Source: Bdellovibrionota bacterium
GTDB lineage: Bacteria; Bdellovibrionota_C; UBA2361; OMII01
Direction of reading: 5' to 3'
DNA: 64,000 nt
Assembly (NCBI GenBank): GCA_044345405.1
Contig: JBIJBE010000001.1
Coordinates: 96,001-160,000, forward strand
Of the stretch, positions 49,589-58,985 are shown piece by piece; the stretch's first letter is position 1; the number at the start of each line of letters is the position of its first letter. The notes under the pieces were generated by a model. It did no database searches. It had not been told where the DNA came from and was given only the letters and a program-made list of their open reading frames with translations. Made by a program: the position numbers and the translations under genes.

Positions 49589-49639
49589 GGGAGGGCGACC
49601 ATTCCTCCCTCGACTGCGCTCGGGACAGGCTGCTCGCCG
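49589..49639. repeat. Single REP unit with a 25-bp internal insert
   Basis: GGGAGGGCGACCATTCC-[TCCCTCGACTGCGCTCGGGACAGGC]-TGCTCGCCG. Confidence 0.85.
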
Positions 49640-49656
49640 CTCATAGAATCCTACGT

Positions 49657-50238
49657 CTACGTTCCCCCTCGATTCGAAAGCCGCCGGATCGATACTATCG
49701 CGATAAAGTTATAGGTCGCATGGGTCGCCGCCGCGGCAGCGAGGGAGTCGGTGAGAAACCACACGAGCCATAGAACCCCACCTACCGCTGAGTAGAGTGG
49801 GATCATGCCACCGTAACGCGTAAATGACCCGATAAAATGAACGCACGCGAAGGCGACGCTTGAGACGAGGAGCGCCAGCCAGAGGCCGCCTGAGCCGATG
49901 ATGAGCACGTTAAGGCTTCCTCGAAAAAGCGCCTCTTCGCCTATCCCTGAGAGAACGCCGATCCAGAACGCCTGGGCGGGGGTGACCCTGCGGCAGAGTG
50001 GCACGACGACCTCGCGACTGAATCGCGCGTAGACCGAATCGGGATTGGTACGGGTCCACCGCCACAGCAGGTGGTTTCCGATAAGTAGGGGGATAGCCGC
50101 GGCTATACCGAGAGCGATCGCCCGAGCGGATGGGTTCCACGCGATATCCAACGAGAAGGTGTACGCGAGTAGGTACGCGATGACGACGAGGATCGCCTCA
50201 GAGACTATGGCTACCAGTAGGATCGATCCTCGTCTCAT
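49657..50238 (-). CDS. CPBP/Abi family intramembrane metalloprotease
   Basis: GEEALFRG, FACVH, HATYN. Confidence 0.9.
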   Translation of the reverse strand: MRRGSILLVAIVSEAILVVIAYLLAYTFSLDIAWNPSARAIALGIAAAIPLLIGNHLLWRWTRTNPDSVYARFSREVVVPLCRRVTPAQAFWIGVLSGIGEEALFRGSLNVLIIGSGGLWLALLVSSVAFACVHFIGSFTRYGGMIPLYSAVGGVLWLVWFLTDSLAAAAATHATYNFIAIVSIRRLSNRGGT

Positions 50239-50246
50239 ATCGGGCG

Positions 50247-50834
50247 CTAGGAGATCGGTGCGAGACCGAGACAGTCAAGGAGTTTGTAGCTTGCGTGCAG
50301 GAGCGATTCGCCCAGCGCGCTTTGTAACTCCGCCGCGAACGCGTAGTGGGCGGTGTTCGTCGCCGTGTAGCTTTCCTCGCACGCTCTCGTCACCTGTCCT
50401 TTGTCGTAGAGCTTCGCCGCCAAAGTTACCGAGGCGGTTGGTTTCCTCATAACGAGTAGGTCATATCCGTTCACGGTGAGATCGCGAATCGTGATCTCAA
50501 GCATGCCGCCTGACGCCGTCGTTGGCTCCTCACTGCAGCGATAGCCGCGCATGCCGCACGCGACTGAGAGTTGCGTGCGGAGGTCTTTGGCGACAGCGGG
50601 GGCGTAGACCCGGGTGAGGGGGATGACGAAGAAGAGGTATTGATGACCAAGGGAGCGGTCGTTGAATCCCTCTGTTTGAATCCGTATGGGAAGAGCGGAA
50701 TCAGATACAGAGAGGAGTTTTTCGAGGCCTGAGGGGGGCTCGACTGGTGGAAGTTCTGAGGCGAAGCAACCGGTTAGGAGCGTTATGAGGGTGAAATTGA
50801 GGAGCCACCTGGGCCCGGCGAAGCGTCTTACCAT
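50247..50834 (-). CDS. Hypothetical lipoprotein
   Basis: Lipobox LLTGC. Confidence 0.75.
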   Translation of the reverse strand: MVRRFAGPRWLLNFTLITLLTGCFASELPPVEPPSGLEKLLSVSDSALPIRIQTEGFNDRSLGHQYLFFVIPLTRVYAPAVAKDLRTQLSVACGMRGYRCSEEPTTASGGMLEITIRDLTVNGYDLLVMRKPTASVTLAAKLYDKGQVTRACEESYTATNTAHYAFAAELQSALGESLLHASYKLLDCLGLAPIS

Positions 50835-50958
50835 AGAAAAACCCCGTTATTGCCCTTCAGTAAGAATAGGGCTGTGGGTACGATAGTATAGGAAGGCGTT
50901 AAGGACGGATAGCCACGTTGGGCGTGTTCTCTTCGTGAGAGCGTGCCACGGTAACGGT

Positions 50959-52269
50959 ATGGATACCAAAGGGGCGAAAAACAGAGAACGGCTCGACCTC
51001 GGCTTAGAGGCGATACTCGCCGGAGCTGAGACTCCACGACCTCCCGAGGTTTCGATCGACCTTGAACTTCCGCACGCGACGCGTGACGGATCCGCATGGA
51101 CACTCGGAGACGCTCCGCCACAACCACCACCAAAAAGTGAATTCGAGTCCCTCGCCGATGAGCGGAAATGGTCAGAGCTTGCTCGCCTCGCCGAAGATCG
51201 TCTCGCGAGTGGAGACGATGCTGAGGCCAAGGTGTGGTGGATTCGCGCGCATCTCGGCGCCTTCTCTATGCCCGTGTCGTTTCTCTCCGCGCCCTTCGAG
51301 GCTGTGTGTCGCAAGCTTTCGCCAGAGGATGTGACAGGGCCGTTCAAGACCATCCTTGAAGAAACGGGTCTGCTTGTTCTGCAACGTCTTCGTGAGGTCA
51401 GCGACACCGCGCACCGTAGTGAGGTACGGAGTTCTCTTGAACGACTCGGTATCAGGGAGTCGCGGGGTGGTCGCGAGCGAGTCGGCACGAGCTCGTTCCG
51501 CTCCCTTAAAAGTGTTGTCGCGAGCAATCCGCAAACCTCGGTGGCGGATGTGCCCGATCTTCGACCTCCGACCGGCACGCGCAAACGGGTGACGTGGACC
51601 GGTGTCTGCGTTCTGGTGGTGGTGTCGCTCCTCGCGCTCGATCGCCTCTTTCCTCATATTCGAACGCCTCAACTCGATATCGCCACAGAGGGCTTTGAGC
51701 GGCCGCTATTCGGTGTTGAGCAGGTAACCGATACCCCCGGACGTAGAGATCCTGGAGGGCGGCTAGGTGCTCTCTTTTATTCGATCGGTGAGGGGGGGCA
51801 GACGGATTCGTCGACCTCTCCGCGGGTCGCCTCGCAACCTCCCGCGGAGCCTCAACCACGTTCCGAGGCGAAGGGTGAGAGCCTTCCGCCTCGTTCGAAG
51901 GAGGAGGTGAACACGACGGGGCCCGTTGAGGGGCCGGAGTTTCGTGAGCGGATCGAACGGGTCCGACCGCCCGCTCCCCAGAGCCGTCGGGAGGAGCTTC
52001 AAGGTGGTGCGCCTCAAGCCGTCCTCCCAAGCGCGCCAACTCGGGAATTCGACGACCATCGGACCTATCGGGTTCTTACGGGTACCTCAGTGCTTTCAGC
52101 CCCAAGCTATGGCGGGCGTGTGATCGGCCAACTTGAACCGGGTGATCGAGTCCTTGTTGAGGGGAAGCTCGGGCGATGGTTGAGGCTCAGATCAAAGAAG
52201 GGACGGGGAGGGTATGTCCTGACGGCTGACGTCGAGGAGGTTCTCGCAGGTGAAAGCGCCACGAATTAG
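50959..52269 (+). CDS. Single-pass membrane protein with a C-terminal bacterial SH3 domain
   Basis: Central TM segment; SAPS...VIGQL..GD.V.V...WL...GYV. Confidence 0.75.
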   Translation: MDTKGAKNRERLDLGLEAILAGAETPRPPEVSIDLELPHATRDGSAWTLGDAPPQPPPKSEFESLADERKWSELARLAEDRLASGDDAEAKVWWIRAHLGAFSMPVSFLSAPFEAVCRKLSPEDVTGPFKTILEETGLLVLQRLREVSDTAHRSEVRSSLERLGIRESRGGRERVGTSSFRSLKSVVASNPQTSVADVPDLRPPTGTRKRVTWTGVCVLVVVSLLALDRLFPHIRTPQLDIATEGFERPLFGVEQVTDTPGRRDPGGRLGALFYSIGEGGQTDSSTSPRVASQPPAEPQPRSEAKGESLPPRSKEEVNTTGPVEGPEFRERIERVRPPAPQSRREELQGGAPQAVLPSAPTREFDDHRTYRVLTGTSVLSAPSYGGRVIGQLEPGDRVLVEGKLGRWLRLRSKKGRGGYVLTADVEEVLAGESATN

Positions 52270-52456
52270 GAGCATCTCTCCCTGCGGGGCTTTTTCCGCG
52301 CAGTAATTTTCCCTATTTAGAGGGTCCTCTCGACATGTAACCCCGACTTGCCAGCGCCGTTCGTGGGGTCTAGACTGCTGCACGCTATAACGATTTTGGC
52401 GTTGAGATTGACGAAGTCACCCGGCCGCACTGGCTCTCCGCCATCCGAGGAAAGGT

Positions 52457-54358
52457 ATGCTGACATCACGAGAAGTTCGCGAAAAATTTATTGAGTTCTG
52501 GACCCAAGAGCCCCGCAACTGCGGCGTCGTTCCTAATATGTCCCTCGTCCCTAATGTAGACTCAACCCTGCTTTTCGTGAACTCGGGTATGTTTCCCCTC
52601 GTTCCGTACCTCGGCGGACAACCCCACCCACTTGGGAAGCGTCTTTGTAATATTCAACGGTGTCTCCGCACAAACTACGAGGACATGCTGGAAGTGGGTG
52701 ACAACCGCCACACCCTCATGTTCGAGATGATCGGCGACTGGTCCCTTGGCGATTTCACCAAGGAGCAGCAGATTCCGTGGATCATGGAGCTGTGGGTGAA
52801 GGTGTTGGGAATGGATCCCCACCGTCTCTACGTTTCCGTGTTCGCTGGTGATGAAACCGCGCCGCGCGACGACCTCGCGATCGCGACCTGGAAGAAGGTG
52901 TTTCGTGACTACGGCGTTGAGGCCGAGTTCTGCGAGGATGTATACAACGTGCCGCCGAGCCTCGCCGAGTCGAAGGGATGGAAGTATCACATCTTCCCAT
53001 ACGGCAAGAAAAAGAACTGGTGGCAGCGCGCCGAGGCTCCAGGAGAGCTCGGTGGCCCCACCTCCGAGATGTTCTATGACCTCGGAACACCTGAGCGCGT
53101 TCAGGACAAATATGACATCAACGACGACTCTGGTCGCTTCGTGGAGATCGGCAATAACGTCTTCATGGAGTACAAGCTCAACGCGGAGATGAAGTGGGAG
53201 CCACTCGCGCAGAAGAATATCGACTTCGGTGGTGGATTCGAGCGCGTGTGCATGATCGTTCAGGGTAAGAACGAGATCTTCGAGAGTGATATCTACCGTC
53301 CTGTCATCGATCGTGTCGCCGCGTTGTCAGGTCGTTCGTACAAGACGGACGGCAAGGACAACGAGGACACCGCAGCGTTCCGTGTTATCGCGGATCACGG
53401 GCGAGCCGCGACCTTCATCCTCGCTGATGGCGTTTCCCCATCGAACAAAGATCAGGGGTATATCCTCCGCCGTTTCATCCGCCGTCTCGTTCGATTCGGA
53501 AAGAAACTTGGGCTTGAGAAGGAGTTCACTGCTGAGGTGGCTGACGCCGTTATCAATACTCTTGCGCATGCGTATCCTAACCTTGAGGAGAATCGTCAGG
53601 TCGTTCTCCAGAAGATCCACGACGAGGAGGTCGCTTTTAATCAAACACTCGCGAAGGGACTCAAGGAGCTCTCGAAGATTCAGGCGCAGCTTGAGCCCGG
53701 AAAACTCATCTCCGGCGATCAGGCGTTCTTTATCTACGAGTCCTACGGCTTTCCGCTCGAACTCACACTGGACGAGCTTAAGGTGACTGACGACCAAGCC
53801 AAGGAGATCACGAAGGAGTTCGCGGCCGCTGAGAAGCGGCACCGAGAGCTCTCGCGCACGGGCGCTGAGCAGAAATTTAAGGGCGGCCTTGCGGATCAGT
53901 CGCGCGAAACCACGAAGCTTCACACCGCGCATCACCTCCTGCTCGCGGCGATGCAAAAGATCGTCGACCCCAACATTCGCCAGAAGGGAAGCAATATCAC
54001 CGCGGAGCGGCTCCGTATGGATTTTAACCTCGATCGTAAGATGACCCCCGAGGAGATCGCCAAAGTAGAGGAGCTGGTGAACCAGCAGATCAGCGAAAGC
54101 TTGCCGGTTGCGCGCGTTGAGATGCCACGCGAGGAGGCTGAGGCTCTCGGCGCTCAGATGGAGTTCGGCGCGAAGTATCCCGATATTGTGAGTGTGTACT
54201 TCGTGGGTGATCAGAAAAATTGGTTCTCCGCGGAGTTCTGTGGCGGCCCACACGTTTCCTCAACTGGGGAGATCGCGGAGGGCGCAAAGCGCTTCAAGAT
54301 CCAAAAGCAAGAGAACGTCGGCGCTGGTATTAAGCGTGTTAAGGCCGCGTTGCTGTAA
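52457..54358 (+). CDS. alaS: Alanine--tRNA ligase, short form without C-Ala
   Basis: LLFVNSGM, FEMIGDWS, DFGGGFER, ADHGRA, editing HTAHH and EFCGGPH; ends at GIKRVKA. Confidence 0.93.
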   Translation: MLTSREVREKFIEFWTQEPRNCGVVPNMSLVPNVDSTLLFVNSGMFPLVPYLGGQPHPLGKRLCNIQRCLRTNYEDMLEVGDNRHTLMFEMIGDWSLGDFTKEQQIPWIMELWVKVLGMDPHRLYVSVFAGDETAPRDDLAIATWKKVFRDYGVEAEFCEDVYNVPPSLAESKGWKYHIFPYGKKKNWWQRAEAPGELGGPTSEMFYDLGTPERVQDKYDINDDSGRFVEIGNNVFMEYKLNAEMKWEPLAQKNIDFGGGFERVCMIVQGKNEIFESDIYRPVIDRVAALSGRSYKTDGKDNEDTAAFRVIADHGRAATFILADGVSPSNKDQGYILRRFIRRLVRFGKKLGLEKEFTAEVADAVINTLAHAYPNLEENRQVVLQKIHDEEVAFNQTLAKGLKELSKIQAQLEPGKLISGDQAFFIYESYGFPLELTLDELKVTDDQAKEITKEFAAAEKRHRELSRTGAEQKFKGGLADQSRETTKLHTAHHLLLAAMQKIVDPNIRQKGSNITAERLRMDFNLDRKMTPEEIAKVEELVNQQISESLPVARVEMPREEAEALGAQMEFGAKYPDIVSVYFVGDQKNWFSAEFCGGPHVSSTGEIAEGAKRFKIQKQENVGAGIKRVKAALL

Positions 54359-54719
54359 TAAGCGTTGCCGCAGCCGCGTGAGCGCGTGTCGGTAAGGATC
54401 TTCACGCCAGCCGTATGGTACGAGGGTGTTCTACCTGCCGCCCGTTTCCTGCCCAGCGCTCTCCCGGTCCCTCTTTCTCGACTCTTTGTCTACGAGCAGG
54501 GCTCGGGAACCCTTGGGGACTACGTTGCCGCTCTATCTCTCGCCACCTACTTTCCTCGTCCATTCACCGTTCACCGTTGATGCCGGATAGCGGAGGCGTT
54601 GATTCCCTTCTCCCGGGGCCACAACGATAGTTCTGGCGCCCCAGGTCCGTTATCCCCATACTGGAAGGGCACCCTCTTTCGTCTCCGTTGAGAGGGGCGC
54701 TCTCGTAAAAGGGTTCATC

Positions 54720-55031
54720 ATGCGAATATTTTTGCTCTCTGTAATGGGTTGTCTTCTTGTGCCTCTTGGGGACGCCGACGCTCAGACCGCCCTTCCTAAG
54801 GAGGGTACCTGCCCCGCTGGCTTTTACACGAGTGGGAAGTATTGTGTCCCTATCAAAGATGACGCGCATCCGGCGATGCTCCGAGCGGGGCAATGCCCAA
54901 GCGGATATTACACGAGCGGTAAGTATTGCGTCGCTACCAGGAAGGATGCTCCCCCCGCTGTGCCTAAAAACGGAACGTGCCCGAGCGGTTACTACACCTC
55001 GGGATCGCACTGCCTGAAAAATAAGCGATAG
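54720..55031 (+). CDS. Secreted small protein with three CPxGxYTSGxxC repeats
   Basis: Signal peptide; CPAGFYTSGKYC, CPSGYYTSGKYC, CPSGYYTSGSHC. Confidence 0.8.
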   Translation: MRIFLLSVMGCLLVPLGDADAQTALPKEGTCPAGFYTSGKYCVPIKDDAHPAMLRAGQCPSGYYTSGKYCVATRKDAPPAVPKNGTCPSGYYTSGSHCLKNKR

Positions 55032-55035
55032 CTCT

Positions 55036-55665
55036 CTAAAAATCGAAGCGATAGATATCGTCGATTGGGCTGCCCGGGTCTACCTTGTACAGGCTCTTCA
55101 AAAGACCATCGCTAATCCCGTACACCCATCCATGAAGAATGGGACGACGCTCCTCGTGCCAAGCTTTCTGAATCACATTTGTCTTCATCAAATTCTTGAG
55201 TTGCTCGTGAATATTGATCTCCACCAGTTTGTCCGCTTGCTGCTCGAGGTCTCCAGCGTGCGTTACTAAGTCCTTGTTGTCGTGATACGAATCCTTGATC
55301 TGGCGCAGCCACTCATCGAGAACTCCATATCGGTGAGATGATAGCGCCGCTTTAATACCGCCACAGCCGTAATGGCCACACACGATAACGTGTTTAACCT
55401 TCAGGTATTCAACCGCGAATGTGAGTACGCTCAAGAGGTTGAAGTCGGTGTGATTGACTAGGTTGGCGATATTTCTATGGGTGAAGATCTCACCTGGAGC
55501 GGTCCCTGTGATCTCCTCCGCGGGCACTCTACTATCTGAGCATCCAATCCAAAGGAACTCAGGCTTCTGCTCCTTGGCGAGGTCGCCGAAGAAGTTCGGT
55601 GAGAGCGACACCTTCTCCTGAACCCACGCTTTGTTGGCCAGAAGGAGCCGCTTGTACTTATCCAT
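55036..55665 (-). CDS. can: Beta-carbonic anhydrase
   Basis: WIGCSDSR, HRNIAN, CGHYGCGG. Confidence 0.93.
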   Translation of the reverse strand: MDKYKRLLLANKAWVQEKVSLSPNFFGDLAKEQKPEFLWIGCSDSRVPAEEITGTAPGEIFTHRNIANLVNHTDFNLLSVLTFAVEYLKVKHVIVCGHYGCGGIKAALSSHRYGVLDEWLRQIKDSYHDNKDLVTHAGDLEQQADKLVEINIHEQLKNLMKTNVIQKAWHEERRPILHGWVYGISDGLLKSLYKVDPGSPIDDIYRFDF

Positions 55666-57253
55666 GGTTTGTTCCCTTTGAAAACGCTGATAGAAGGTCA
55701 AATTTAGTGGAAGGAAAGTTCGTAATGTCGATAGAGATATTTCGGTCGACCGCCGACTCCTTGAAGTCCTGGAGGAGTTCAAGGATGTCGTGGTCGATGA
55801 ACATTGCGCCACCGCAGTCGATGACGATCTGCGAGTGGTTCGGCAGACGCGCGAGTGTCCGTTTGAGGGCTATTTTTTGGAGAAAGGTTACGTCTTTGGC
55901 GAATCGGAGATAGTAGTTGTCACCATCGTTAACCACAGTGAACGCCGAGTTGTGGTTCATCACCAGCACCACGACTAAGCCGAAAATGGTACCGATGAAA
56001 ACTCCCGTGAGGAGATCGAAGAGGACGACGCCGAGAGCGGTGACCACGAAGGGGAGAAATTGGTCCAGTCCGCTTCTCCACACCTCTTTTATCAGAGAGG
56101 CGTTAGCTAGTTTGTATCCAACTAGGATGAGGATAGCTGAAAGAGCGGCAAGGGGAATCTCATTGAGGAGTCCGGGAAACGCGAGTACGCTCAAAAGGAG
56201 AAGGAAGCCGTGGACCATACCCGATATCCTCGTACGTCCCCCAGAATAGACGTTGGTGCTGCTGCGCACGATAACAGAGGTCATCGGAATACCTCCAAGG
56301 GCTCCCGCCGCGATGTTGCCGATACCCTGGGCGACCAATTCCCGGTTGGGACGAGATATCCGTCGAAGCGGATCGAGTTTATCGACAGCTTCAAGGCTAA
56401 GGAGTGTCTCAAGGCTTCCAATTAGGGCGATAATAAGAGCAGCCGACCACACCTTTGGCGAGAGAATCCACGTCCAAAGGTCGCCAGGACCCTGCATGAG
56501 GAGATCCGTAACGCTGCTGATGGTTGGTATGCTGACGAGTTGTCCCTCTGAAACTGTAAGCGCGAGACCTGGCGCTACCACCTTCAACACTCCGTTGCAA
56601 AGGATGCCGAAGCACACCACTGCGAGTGGGCCGGGAATAATCCTGAATGCCCTTGACGTGCGCGTGGCAAGCTTTGACCAAGAGAGAAGGAGGGCGAGAG
56701 ATGATGCCGATATCACCACAGCGATGAGATCGAAGTGTCCCCCCGTTGTGCGGATTTGAGACCAGAGGCTCTTGAGGCAGAAGGGTGAGAAGAGGCAGAA
56801 CATACCCTCCTCGGGATTGAAGGTGCTTTTCCAGCCGATCGCGTGCGGGAGTTGTTTAAAGGCGATAATGATACCGATTCCCGCTAACATTCCCTTGATA
56901 ACCGCTGATGGGAAGAACGTCGCGAGGTGTCCCGCGCGAAGCCCTCCAAGAATGAGTTGAAAGACCCCAGAGAGGATAGTTGCCACCAAGAGACCTTCAA
57001 ATGAGCCTATCGATTGGGTCGCGCTTATCACGGTAACGGTGAGACCCGCCGCGGGCCCACTCACACTGAGTTCGCTACCCGCCAGAAATGAGACCAAAAT
57101 TCCGGCGATGATACCGGTTATTAGCCCAGAGATAGGTGGAGCTTCCGAGGCCACAGCTATTCCAAGGCAGAGAGGGAGGGCGACAAGGAACACCACGAAG
57201 CCAGCGCTGATGTCTTGGCGGAGGAAGTCAAACCGGAGGCGGGTTGCGATCAT
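55658..57253 (-). CDS. SulP family anion (probably bicarbonate) transporter
   Basis: VALPLCLGIA, SGPAAG, NRELVAQG, TSVIVRSS, short STAS; overlaps the CA start. Confidence 0.92.
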   Translation of the reverse strand: MIATRLRFDFLRQDISAGFVVFLVALPLCLGIAVASEAPPISGLITGIIAGILVSFLAGSELSVSGPAAGLTVTVISATQSIGSFEGLLVATILSGVFQLILGGLRAGHLATFFPSAVIKGMLAGIGIIIAFKQLPHAIGWKSTFNPEEGMFCLFSPFCLKSLWSQIRTTGGHFDLIAVVISASSLALLLSWSKLATRTSRAFRIIPGPLAVVCFGILCNGVLKVVAPGLALTVSEGQLVSIPTISSVTDLLMQGPGDLWTWILSPKVWSAALIIALIGSLETLLSLEAVDKLDPLRRISRPNRELVAQGIGNIAAGALGGIPMTSVIVRSSTNVYSGGRTRISGMVHGFLLLLSVLAFPGLLNEIPLAALSAILILVGYKLANASLIKEVWRSGLDQFLPFVVTALGVVLFDLLTGVFIGTIFGLVVVLVMNHNSAFTVVNDGDNYYLRFAKDVTFLQKIALKRTLARLPNHSQIVIDCGGAMFIDHDILELLQDFKESAVDRNISIDITNFPSTKFDLLSAFSKGTNHG

Positions 57254-57364
57254 AGTTGCTTTCTGCGGGAACTAACAAACGGTTTCAGGGGGATACTAGT
57301 AGATAGACGGTCGTTCCAAAATGGATAAAAACCACCCTTAGCGAGCCTTGATTCCTGTGGATTT

Positions 57365-57378
57365 GGGAGGGCGGTCAT
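57365..57378. repeat. REP remnant (5' arm only)
   Basis: GGGAGGGCGGTCAT. Confidence 0.5.
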
Positions 57379-57517
57379 GTGCCGTGCGCACTGAGGTAGG
57401 GCTTGTCTTCGACTATTCAATAGGTTGTCCATGTTGTTCGCATTTTTTTCGTTGGTAAGACTCAGGGAATCTACCAATCGTCATAATCTCTTCGGGTGTT
57501 TGGGGGCGGGGGGAGCC

Positions 57518-58888
57518 ATGGCCAGATTTGAACTCACTAAGCTAAACGTCGATCTGTCGCAACTCGTGCCATCGCACGGCGAAATGAATATCCTCGTCGA
57601 GGCGTTCAAGGATACCGTTCGCGATGCGACAGCCAGGCAGGATTCGGAGCTTCTTGGCTCGCTCTGCGGCGGTATCGGTGAAATCCGTTTGAGGGGAGTA
57701 TGTCGACGTCTCTCTACGTCAGAGCGCGCCGAAATGATCGGTCTCCTTTTACCTGAAGTCGAGGACAAGAGCTCTAAGGCTCAGGAGCTAATCTCGCGTC
57801 TGTGCGACACGGCGCCACATCTGGTGGCGTTGCAGCAGACCTTCGAGACGCTTGGATATGAACGATTTCGGGAGGGGCCCTTAGCGAAGTGGTTTGGTGA
57901 ACGAGCGGCCCTCGCTGAGGCGGTCGGAGAGGTCAGGGGCGTTGCGTTTCTGGACGAGGAAATTCGCACCCCGGAGGACGCCGATGCCGCTATTGCGCGG
58001 ATTGATGAGGTCTTGCGGTATAACGCGACGGTCCTGGAGACCGACGAACGACTTGAACACGTACCGATGGCGTTTAACTCCAAACTGTTGCTTGCCGCGT
58101 TTGAAGAGCAGCGGTGGGGGGTAGAGGATCCTGTGGAGTTCGCGCGAGCTTGGAACGAGCGGATCAAGATTCACACGGCGACCGGGCTTGGGGTGTTCGA
58201 CTCTGCTGACCTCGTCCTATCATCTAGAGAGTTGAGAGAGATTAGACAGGGGCTTGAACAGTTTCCCGCCTACGTACTTACCCTGGAAAACGTCGCTATT
58301 GGAATCAATTTTCGTTCCCCGCCCGCTGGCCGTGAGGGAGCGCTAGGCGGCTATGAAATGGGAAGGATATTCCTGTTTGACACCGTTCGAGACGCCCGTC
58401 CTGGCGTCGATTTTCCTGAGACGGAGACCGATCCGGTGATGTACGCTACGGTGCATGAGGTATCTCACACCGCCCAGACGGTAGGGATGATGGATTTTCA
58501 AAAGCTTTCGGGCTGGGTTCGGGTCTCTAACCTAACCTTTCGGGATCCAATCACTAATGCGTGTCATCGGATACGGCCAGAGGCGTTCGTGCCGGGTGAA
58601 AGCGTTGAAACGGAATCGGGGCGATACATCGTGAGCTTCCACGTAGAGCCCGAGACTATTCATTTCCCCTTGGGCGTCTCAATTAAGAACCCAGATAAGG
58701 CCGACGCGGAGGCAGGCTATCTCTACAGTGACGATGCGGAGTTCGTGAACTCGTACGCGGCTATATCTCCCGAGGAGGATTACGCTGAATCTCTAACAGC
58801 TTTCCTTCTTGACCGTGAAAAGCTCATGAGGCTCGCTCCGGAGAAGTATGAATTGATGAACTTCCTCTACGGAAAGATCTCGAAGTAA
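57518..58888 (+). CDS. Hypothetical protein with a C-terminal zincin metallopeptidase domain
   Basis: HEVSH plus YAAISPEEDYAES third-ligand motif, LAPEKY. Confidence 0.7.
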   Translation: MARFELTKLNVDLSQLVPSHGEMNILVEAFKDTVRDATARQDSELLGSLCGGIGEIRLRGVCRRLSTSERAEMIGLLLPEVEDKSSKAQELISRLCDTAPHLVALQQTFETLGYERFREGPLAKWFGERAALAEAVGEVRGVAFLDEEIRTPEDADAAIARIDEVLRYNATVLETDERLEHVPMAFNSKLLLAAFEEQRWGVEDPVEFARAWNERIKIHTATGLGVFDSADLVLSSRELREIRQGLEQFPAYVLTLENVAIGINFRSPPAGREGALGGYEMGRIFLFDTVRDARPGVDFPETETDPVMYATVHEVSHTAQTVGMMDFQKLSGWVRVSNLTFRDPITNACHRIRPEAFVPGESVETESGRYIVSFHVEPETIHFPLGVSIKNPDKADAEAGYLYSDDAEFVNSYAAISPEEDYAESLTAFLLDREKLMRLAPEKYELMNFLYGKISK

Positions 58889-58985
58889 GGCTGGGGGTTT
58901 CCAAGGTGTTTTGGTTTCAGAGAGGTTGGAGCTACTCGGGCGAAATATGATGGCCGTTCCAGATCGGCTTTGGTAGCCTCCGCTC

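Noticed and set aside
52270-52456. T-box leader upstream of alaS
   Set aside because: No T-box consensus (GGTGGnACCGCG) or terminator/antiterminator seen.
53327-54253. 308-aa antisense ORF, and similar ones opposite bamA, tyrS and tex
   Set aside because: Shadow ORFs of strongly codon-biased genes; no protein motifs.
54360-54719. tRNA, SRP RNA or small ORF after alaS
   Set aside because: No cloverleaf, T-loop or SRP motif recognised; the short ORFs lack RBS support.
55666-55812. N-terminal extension or fusion of carbonic anhydrase with SulP
   Set aside because: Different frame from SulP; ATG 55665 has its own AAGGGA RBS, consistent with ordinary translational coupling.
610-57378. Palindromic repeats as a CRISPR array
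   Set aside because: Dispersed, in inverted pairs, no regular repeat-spacer period and no cas genes.
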